A stretch of DNA of 46,261 nt from Octopus sinensis. Taxonomy: Eukaryota. The stretch is taken from the NCBI RefSeq assembly GCF_006345805.1, contig NW_021834623.1, positions 1-46,261 of the forward strand, written 5' to 3'. Both the position numbers and the translations under genes were made by a program. Below the pieces are notes generated by a model. It was given only the letters and a program-made list of their open reading frames with translations, did not search any database and was not told the origin of the DNA. Below, one piece after another: positions 36,940 to 46,261 of the stretch (position 1 is the first letter of the stretch; each line of letters begins with the position of its first letter).

Positions 36940-39204
36940 TCATACATGCACAGGCCACAACGTGTCTATACACTTCAATAAGCTATATGAATAGTTGTAA
37001 TTGCTTAAGTAGACATTTTATAATTCCGAACACGTTTAACTAATAGTAATTCTATTTTTTTTTCTATTTTGTTTTCTTCAATCGTTTATTTTATTTATTA
37101 ATTATATTTTCAAAAGGAAATCATTTTAAAGAACCGTATTGTACAGAGTTTTTTTTGCATATGAGTAATTGGTGAATTAACATTTTCCTAGAAAATCAAG
37201 TATTTGCTCTTAGTTTATTCTATCTCCGAATTATCGGGGGTGGTGGAGAGGTTCACATGTTACTGTGGTGACTTTATATATCGTGGTGTAATGAGACATG
37301 TGTTTCATTCGATTGTGTTCAAATCTCGACAAAGTTATTTAAATTTGACCTTCATATACATATTCTGTAACCTTAAATGCAACCATGGAATATACATCGA
37401 CCCTTCATCCATCTTTGCCTTCACTTTTATTTTTTAACTTTTAAAATAAAATATGGTGGAAAAAATATATTTCGTCACGGTTAGAAATTCTTGCCCAGAT
37501 ATAAGCGCTAAAATTTAACACAACCAGACACGTTTGTCCTACAGTCGAACACGGAGAGTTACCCTGAAATAAATATCCCGATATCTATGGACAAATAGAT
37601 TCCTAAATAATTTGGAGCATGTAGATATATGTTTCAATTTCTTGAGTGTGATTCCCTGAAATGCCATTTGAACTTGATTTTCATTTACTTATTGGAATTT
37701 ATTTAGATAAAAACCTCCAATAAAAGACAGAGTTATCTTTGTACAGCTGTGATGCAGACAACAAATGTTGCCTGAAAAGTATCGGATGTCACTGAGAAAG
37801 CAAGATATTTACTCCAACTGAAGAGGGAGGATGAATGCTGCAGCAAGGTGGAGCATTGAGAGTGGCAGAATCATCTGGCTTAGAGTCACATAATCTGACT
37901 CAACTTGTATTGTTGCGAGGAGGTTTTCTGGCTAAATTGGCAGGTGATCCCGGGTAGTTCTCTATAGTGCTGATTCATATTCTAATATGGCTTCGGCATT
38001 TACATCCAAAAGATGAAGTATAGAACCCATCAGCACTCAAGTGTTTCCCCTAAATTTTAATAGTAGACTCACTTTCATATCACTAAACCACTTTATTCCT
38101 CTCACTCTCTTGTATATCATTGTACACTTAAAAAAAAAGCAGAATCCACATAGGTATGTTGATAAGAAAACGGTTCGAAGCGATTTTTAATACATCAAAT
38201 TCTCAAGCAATATATATCGACACATTCAGAAGTTATCAGTCTGCACGATAATTCATGATTACCTGTATTTATTTATGACCAATTAATACCAAACTGCATT
38301 TTGTAGTTCAAGATATATTTTACTCAAGTAGGAAATCATTGGGCGTCGACAACCACTAATTGTATTTCTATCTTTTAGATTAACATATCCATTTAGAACT
38401 AGTTTAGATTAAAATTCCAGTTTATGTACCATTAAAAAAATGTTCCATAAACCATTATATAATAATGCAAGGAGGTTAGTCCTAGAGAAAGTTCTCAAAG
38501 AGTTTAGTTGGTTAAAAAGGAAGGGAGCTGCTCAGGATATCGATGTATGTGAGGAGATGGTGCTCCCTGATTATTTAACCTACCAAGGGACAATTATCTT
38601 GAACTTCCTCAACAGAAGAGAAAATATATTTTAATGATTTGTGTGAAATACAGCCAAGTAAGAATGTTTCGAGAAAACCAGATCAGGCTGAGAACTGTGT
38701 TTTGTGATCCACAGTTGTTCTCATTAAGTTCCATTTTTATTCAATCTCAAGTTTGTTTCAGGTGTTTCTAGGAGGCAGAATATTACTGCTAATGCTTTTC
38801 AACACTTGTGTACAACATCTTTTAGTTACACGCACATACAATTCATTATCCCTTACGACCCATCGAGCGAGTACGTTTACATGTGTCATTGATATCCTCT
38901 TTGCAACACTTGATTAACTATATTATTTTAGTATTTTATACAGGACGAAATGGCATGGCTGTTGAAGAAATATGTTCATCCTTGTTCCTTATAAGTTGAA
39001 TAAAGTTATTTGATTGATTTTCAAGATTTATAATGCTTCGTTCTTTAAAATATTAATGAAAAAAGACCCGACCCTTCCATCTGAGAAGGGTAAATTGCCC
39101 GCCAGTCCAGTACTTCCCTTTTGTTCGTTTTTAAGCAAGTCCACCCTCCATTTCCGGGTTGCCAGACCGGTTGCAACACTACCATATTACACTTTTTGCA
39201 GGGA

Positions 39205-39310
39205 TAATGAACAACAGCAACATGAAATAAATGCACCGCCTAGTCCAAGAATCGAACGTACAATATTACGATCAACAGTCCAACACTCTGACCAATAAAA
39301 CACACGCCTT
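39205..39310 (-). mobile_element. tRNA-type SINE fragment (third family)
   Basis: The minus strand has a tRNA-like head, ...gtgttggactgttgatcgtaatattgtacgttcgattcttggact, with a B-box-like GTTCGATTC. Related to the plus-strand fragment at about 17990-18065. Confidence 0.5.
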
Positions 39311-40300
39311 TCCCATCTTGGAAGTGTCATTCATATATTCTCTTCCTAACTCACATTCAAATATGTTGAATTTTCTCACAAAGTCAGTGATAAGTATGAC
39401 ATCATGGAAATGCATTTAGCAACTCTTTGTAGTTTCATATCAACTTCATTGCGACGCATTGGAAAATCCGTGAAAATCCTAAGTTTAATGAGCCAAGTAA
39501 AACCATTTATTTAGCGAAAACCATACTCCATGTTCCTGATATCTAAAATTAGTTAGATTAGACTGAAATATTCAACACACCACTCTGTTACTTGACCGTG
39601 ACACCTAATGTACATTATCGTACATTAGGAATGTGATTCAAATTCACTTGAGCGTAAATAGTAAATTAAGGTCGCAGCTCTGCAAAACTCTGGATGTTTT
39701 CAAATTGACTACCTTTATCGAAAGTTTTATGATATCATCGAACTCTTCAAAGCTTCCCTTTTCTACAAAGTACATCGGTTATATAATGAAACAGAAATAA
39801 ACAAGAATATAACAAACGGTTTCTGAAAATTGCTTTATAAAACGAACATTTCAGCCTATAAAACAAAGGGTACCCTCAGTTATAACCGAAACTATTTTCT
39901 CAAATCTATTTCTCTTACAGGAAATGTTTCAACCAAACAGAAAATAATTTCATTTTCTGGAGAGTTTTGAGGATAATTTTCTAATTTCATCAAAGATTTG
40001 CAAATAGAATTTTAGTGAAAATTTCAAGCGGAGGAAGTTGTTAAGATTTCAGGAAAAGAAGAAAGGGAAGGAAGCAACGTCTATGTGATGTTGTAGTTAT
40101 TTGAACTTATTGCTAAAGGTGAAGGTCAACATCTCCCATTTCAGTAACGAATAATAAGATTATTAATTTCACAAGATATTTTGCTAGCCGTATGTTTTGT
40201 AGTTTATACCAAATACACTTATAGGGTAATCTCTAGTGCGCTTTAGTGTACTAGTCGACTCCGTTTCCACATTCTGTAGTCGTAACCAGGATCCAGATAA

Positions 40301-40618
40301 TATTGGTTTGTCCGGAAAGTTCGTGCCGATTTATAGTAGCTTACCTTTCAACTTATTTTAGCACATGGTTGAGTCCATAAAATAGCATTTGACTACACCG
40401 CCATTTAGAGCACAGTTTAAGCTACCATTTCGTGGAAGAAAGTTTATGTTCTTATAACCAGTGTTAATTCTGTAACCCTTTAAAATAAAAGATAAGAAAG
40501 TTCATTTTCAGCACTTGATGCTTTGGGAACCAGACAAAAATTGCTGCAGCTCGACTGGGATGTGTTAACCCACCCTCTATATTCACCACATATTGCCCCT
40601 TCGCATTTCCACTTATGA
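40301..40618 (+). mobile_element. Internally deleted mariner element (TIR joined to a catalytic-domain fragment)
   Basis: TA|TTGGTTTGTCCGGAAAGTTCGTGCCGATTT is TIR-like. 40523-40618 translates LGTRQKLLQLDWDVLTHPLYSPHIAPSHFHL*, a decayed YSPDLAPSD motif. Confidence 0.85.
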
Positions 40619-41840
40619 TAGCGACAAAATACCCACACGACAGCACGAGTTTTGTTGAATCAGATGTTTTGACACTGGGCTACATATTTCTAACATCCTC
40701 TACATGACTGATAATTTATTGCTAAAGCCTTGCACTTAATTCTCGATTTAACATCACGAATCGGTCTTTATGAGACTTTAAAAGAAATCATTTTGCTGCA
40801 TAAAGCTAGCTCAGATGTCGGAAATACAATTCCTCACCTTCCTATATTGCCTTCTACAATTTTAACATAGAATTCAATTATTGCGCTACTTTGTAAATCC
40901 TATCAAAGGTAATAGCGCCGCCTATAAACTTTTCAGTAAGATTTATTGCTTTTTAAATATTGCCTCCGAAATTGTCATAAGGTAATACAATTTCTTTCTC
41001 CGAAATGTGTTGTTCAAGACAACACTTTCCGATAAAAGAACGGAAGGTTAATTTAATTCAAGTACTTGCCTGGTGCTATATTTTATCTAGCTCGTCAATG
41101 TGAACGGTTAAGTTGAGATTCAGTTAGATTCGGTTACCGCTGCGCCATTTACCTTGTTTTCTTTTTACTTCTAGCCTATGCAGTAGAATTCAAGATCTCG
41201 GAGATACTGATAGTACAATTCTAGAAATTACTCAGCTCAAATCTAGCAGAAACATGTACAACAACGAAGACCCTAAGGCATCGAAGGTTTTGAGAATATT
41301 TTCATTATTTTAATAATTAAATAAAGCAAAGAAGCGAAAACCAGCAGCGACTATTTACCTTTAATATTTCAGCTTTTAAATTATGTGAGCCATTGGATTG
41401 CGCCCTTAAAGAATCACTGCTTTGAAGGAAAGATTAGTCGAATGAATAAACCAATGTAATTAGTTTTGTAAGCAACGGTACTTATGCTATTACTCTGTTT
41501 TGCTGGACCGCAATTTTACGGGATTTAATCAAGCGTAGGATGGGAAAAATTCGTGGCAAAAATACACACATACATAAATATACACGTTTCTTTAAAGTGG
41601 TTGTTTATCTTTCATTTTTTTTCTGTTATTAGATAGCCGTCATACTGCAGAAGTGCTTTCACAGATTTTAGTCGAACGGATTGACTTATCAGCAAATTTA
41701 TTAAGCCTGGTGTATATTCTATCGATTTCTCTTTTGCTGAACAGCCAGGTTGCATACACGCACCAACTCCGATGGTAAAACAGTGTTGGGGTGGTGCAAA
41801 AGTAAACACACACACATAATTATATACGAAATATTTATTT

Positions 41841-41972
41841 GTTTCCGTCTACCAAATTCACTCACCACATTCTGGTCGGTGTGGGGTTATAGCAGAAGAC
41901 ACGGGCCTAATCTGCCGAACATTGGGACTGAACTCAAAGCCATGTGAGTGTGAAGCAAACTTCTTACCACAC
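41841..41972 (-). mobile_element. SINE family A, head and core
   Basis: Aligns with 291-445. Confidence 0.75.
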
Positions 41973-43068
41973 CTGGAAAATATAAAATATACACACCTGA
42001 AAATACTGAATTGTTGTATAGGCATGGGTTTTTTTTGTGTGTTTTGAAGAAACAATATATTTCAATATTATAGATGTTTTAAAGATTCTATATGATACCT
42101 TATCATTTTTTAGCAGAATAAATTTTCTAGTTTCCATTTCTAGAAATTCATCCATTCAAAGAGTTAACGCCAGATTCTTACTTCTTCCTCAGAAAAAAAA
42201 AAGGTTAGAACGGTTGTGTCTTATCAAAAATAGAAAACGAATATTTTAATTTAAAATGAATGGAAATATTGAATGTAAAATTACAAATAACACAGAAGTA
42301 CAGATGCTTTTTTCTTTAATATGTAAAACTAAATAATAATTCATTCCAAGATGGCAAAAAAACCCAGTAAATTTGAGGGGAGGGGAGCAACAGGATTTCA
42401 TCATCACCAGCGCTCAAACGTTATTCATTTTACCAATCTCAAAGGGTGAAAGGGAGGAGCATCGCACTCTCTGGACTTATAATGAGCCGCAGCTGATTTA
42501 TAATCTATGTTAGTGCGAATAATGGTCATCTTGGAATAGCCTACAGATCGGATAAAGGCAAGGTTTTGACGTTTCTAGGGACTTGTTTTCTATGACACCT
42601 TGAATCAACGCTACAACGATTGATATGGTGTCTCTCCACTGTTCATGGTTATATTGCCCCCCAACCCTCCAAAAAAACACGGATGTCAATGCTGATATCA
42701 ATGAATTTCTTTTTCCTTATTAAAACAAACAAGATTGCAAATAGCGGTGCGCACATCCATACTTTGTTTAAGTCACTCAAATGGCGGCATATTGGAGCAC
42801 ATTCTTCTTTTCAGATAATTCGAGTGATATTTACGCACTTAATTCCATACAGAAATGGCATAAATGGCGGGACGCTGCTAGTGGTGCGGGTGGTGCGGGT
42901 AATTCTAAGCGCAAGTAGAAATCGAAGGGAAAATAAATAACAAAAGAGATTTTAGTTCAAACTAAAGATTTGAGTATTCCATATCAGTTTTCCATCACTA
43001 GATGGCTATCTCTATATCTCTCATTTCCGCTCTCTCTCTGTATCTATAGGTCACTCTACATATTGATG

Positions 43069-43425
<357 letters not shown>

Positions 43426-44000
43426 TCTGCCTGTCTGTTCTCTACGATGCATATGTCTACCAGTCTGTCTCTTTATCAAACTATGCATTCAAATGCGGGT
43501 ATGGTGTGTTTGAGTGTATACTTGCGTACGTACACCATTCTGTGCCGGTGTTTTTGTGTAGTGTGTATGTACGTGCAAACTTTTGTGTACGTGTGTCAGT
43601 ATGAGTTTATAAATGTCCGGAGTAAAACTATCCATAACACCGACATTCAATAACAGCGGCGTTCATTTCGGATAATGTTCAACGGAACGAAGCTAATATT
43701 CTAACAGAAGGCAATATACATTACTTTACCATTATGATGGTTCTCTTGAAAGAATCAGAATTTTCAGACAATTCCTTCTCTAGCACTTAACGTCAGCACA
43801 CTCATATATACATTCTCTCTGACTAATGCGATCAAATGTTAGGGAAGATGAAAGCACGAACAGCTCAACAAGAAAATGTTATTTTATACTCTCCATTCGT
43901 ATAGGGGGTTCAAACGCACACAGACACACAAATATATGTGTATGTATGTATGTATGTTTGTATGTATATATGAATATACTATATATATATATATATATGA

Positions 44001-44053
<53 letters not shown>

Positions 44054-44223
44054 GTATATATACTATATGTATATATGCACGCGTCTATATAAGATACTTG
44101 TTTTATAATATAAGAATAAATAGAAGTACGCATAAACCATGTCTCGAGTTAAAAGTACCATAAATAATAATATCGATACTAATGCTGATGATGATTATAA
44201 TAATATTAATAAGAATGGTAATA

Positions 44224-44260
<37 letters not shown>

Positions 44261-45211
44261 TAATAATAATAACGCTGGAAACTAAAATTTCTTCTCTACA
44301 GCAAAAAGAAAAAAAAGATGGAAAAGAAGCAAATATTCCCATTAACTTAAACGAATCAGTAAACAAAATCTGCAATTGCGAATGAAATACATTACAGTAT
44401 CCAAATATAGCAGAAGCGAACATTTAATATCAATGGATATTTTTCCTCATCTTCATTCCGATGTGTCAATATCGTTTTAAATTTATCACTTAGCTTCAAG
44501 ACATTTTTGATCTTTCTCAATTCAGGATTTCTCTAAAGGAGAAACCTATTCAATTGACGAAAGCTGTCAAGGTAAACATATCACCGCATTCCTAGTTTCA
44601 CTTTCACTTTCGATGCTATAGCTAAAGCTGATGGTATTAGCTATATGAATCGCTTTCTCGATTGAATATCGATTACATGCCATACATGGTTGCTTTCTTC
44701 GTCTACTTAACAGCAAAGCTTTCATTTGTCTCCTCTCTATTTATCACTTTCTTCGATTTCTACCAAACTCTCCCTCCCTCTTAGGTTTCATTTCCACTTT
44801 CCCTACCTCTATATTTACATCTCAATAATTTCACAACTCACCTCCATCCTTTTTCTCGTTCTCTCACTTTACAATGTTTCTTGTTTCCAGTACTTTACCG
44901 ATGTTTGCTGTTGATATACTTAATATAATAATGAGAACGGCAGATGGCGAGGTCGATAATGTCTGTCTGATTTGGAGATGATAGCAAGATTGATACTTCA
45001 TATCCTGTCATCGAGACTAAGCAATCATACACACATAAACACAAAAACAAACAGGCACACACACAAATTCACGCACAGAGAGATACACACACACATACAT
45101 ATATACACATTGACATATACATATGTATGCACATATATGTGTGTCTGTTTGTGTGTGACTTTCTGTGTGTGTTTATTTGTGTGTGTGTTTATTTGTGTCG
45201 TATATATATAG

Positions 45212-45244
<33 letters not shown>

Positions 45245-45360
45245 GTATGTATCTATGTATGTGTGTGTGTCTGTGTACATATATGTATGCAATATATACA
45301 CTTATTTATAGACATATATACATAAAGACACACAAACACACACAAACGCATATATGTAAT

Positions 45361-46130
45361 AAAGGGTTGGCTGAAAAGTTCAGAGGATGACTTCGATGGA
45401 GTGACGCTAGAACTGTGAAATCCTGCATGCGTTAATTTCAATTCTTCTTTCTATCAACTGTATTGTTCCTTACCAGGTGAAGTGACAGCTCATGGTTTTA
45501 AAAGGCTTCGAAATTAATTAGGGGGTACAAAATCGATAAAATATGGCATCGTGGTGTTGTTATCTGTATTCAGAAAAAAGGGTGTGGGGCCCCAAGGTTA
45601 TTCACGTTGACATGGTTGCTATCCTCAGTGGATGATATACCACCTTGCTCCATTTTTATCAGAAGTGCTAAGTGGGAAGCTGTATTTAAAAGAAAGCAGA
45701 AGGACCTTGACTTTGTCCCATAGTCCGGACGTCTGGCATTTTACTCCACCGAAGGAAATATTAATCATATTCCGCATATGAGATACATGACAGGCGGTTT
45801 ATTATAAATTAAATGGACAATGTTAATAGCATATTCCGTGAGAGAATCGAGAATAGTCTGCACAATAAAATTGGCATGACGAAAGTTTCAACTTGGTAAG
45901 TTCCGCGTGTTCCGGTGACTGATCAATGATCAAAAGCTCACCAGTCTGATCGCTTCATGGGAAACTATGATATATTTTGAAACAGACACAGTTGGCTTCC
46001 TTGAACATTTTCTAGGATGTGATTATTTGGGTTCACAAATTTTAGCTAGAGACAAAGAGACATCCTTCCCCAAAAATGTCCAAAGCCGTGTCCTGTGTAA
46101 GGGTGAAGAAAGCTTCTGTCATTTGGGAAG
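45361..46130 (+). mobile_element. Decayed mariner element (irritans/Himar1-like TIR) with frameshifted transposase
   Basis: TIR-like AAGGGTTGGCTGAAAAGTTC resembles the Himar1 TIR ACAGGTTGGCTGATAAGTCC. From 45532 the fragments DKIWHRGV, SGR, RERIENSLHNKIGMTKVSTW*VPR and GFLEHFL follow transposase order (decayed WVPR motif). Confidence 0.85.
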
Positions 46131-46261
46131 AAATATCTGGACTTAAAAAAGCATATACTGGTTCACAAACATGTAAGAACTATCTTGAATAACATATGTT
46201 ATTAGACCCTATCAGTCGGTTAGCTGTTCTAACATTCATAGGAGGACTCATCAACGAAGAG

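Noticed and set aside
38440-38634. 64 aa ORF with a faint resemblance to the Gypsy RT N-terminus (LEKVLKEFSWLKRKG)
   Set aside because: No downstream RT motifs, and the similarity is too weak to call.
41785-42250. Mariner-like TIR fragment (ggtggtgcaaaagtaa) and a possible transposase C-terminal remnant at 42037-42249
   Set aside because: No diagnostic motif survives, so it cannot be supported as a feature.

Overview
This is AT-rich eukaryotic genomic DNA, intronic or intergenic. It is most likely from an octopus or other coleoid cephalopod; that assignment is an inference from the SINE families and microsatellite load as I recall them and was not checked by a search. I found no confident host protein-coding exon, rRNA, tRNA or CRISPR array, and the long ORFs in the track are microsatellite translations. 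The window is a mosaic of compound microsatellites, at least three tRNA-type SINE families, R4/Dong-like and CR1/L2-like LINE remnants, three different mariner remnants, a Tigger/pogo MITE, two fold-back elements and a non-autonomous Helitron. The standout is an apparently intact type I hammerhead ribozyme at 19101-19198 (+). It has a complete catalytic core, three paired stems, a GUC cleavage site and an extended stem I with an internal loop. Several decayed, minimal Penelope-type hammerhead motifs occur elsewhere in the window. The intact ribozyme sits between two diverged ~0.8 kb direct repeats (18068-18866 and 21428-22255). Repeat boundaries are approximate and all alignments were done by eye.
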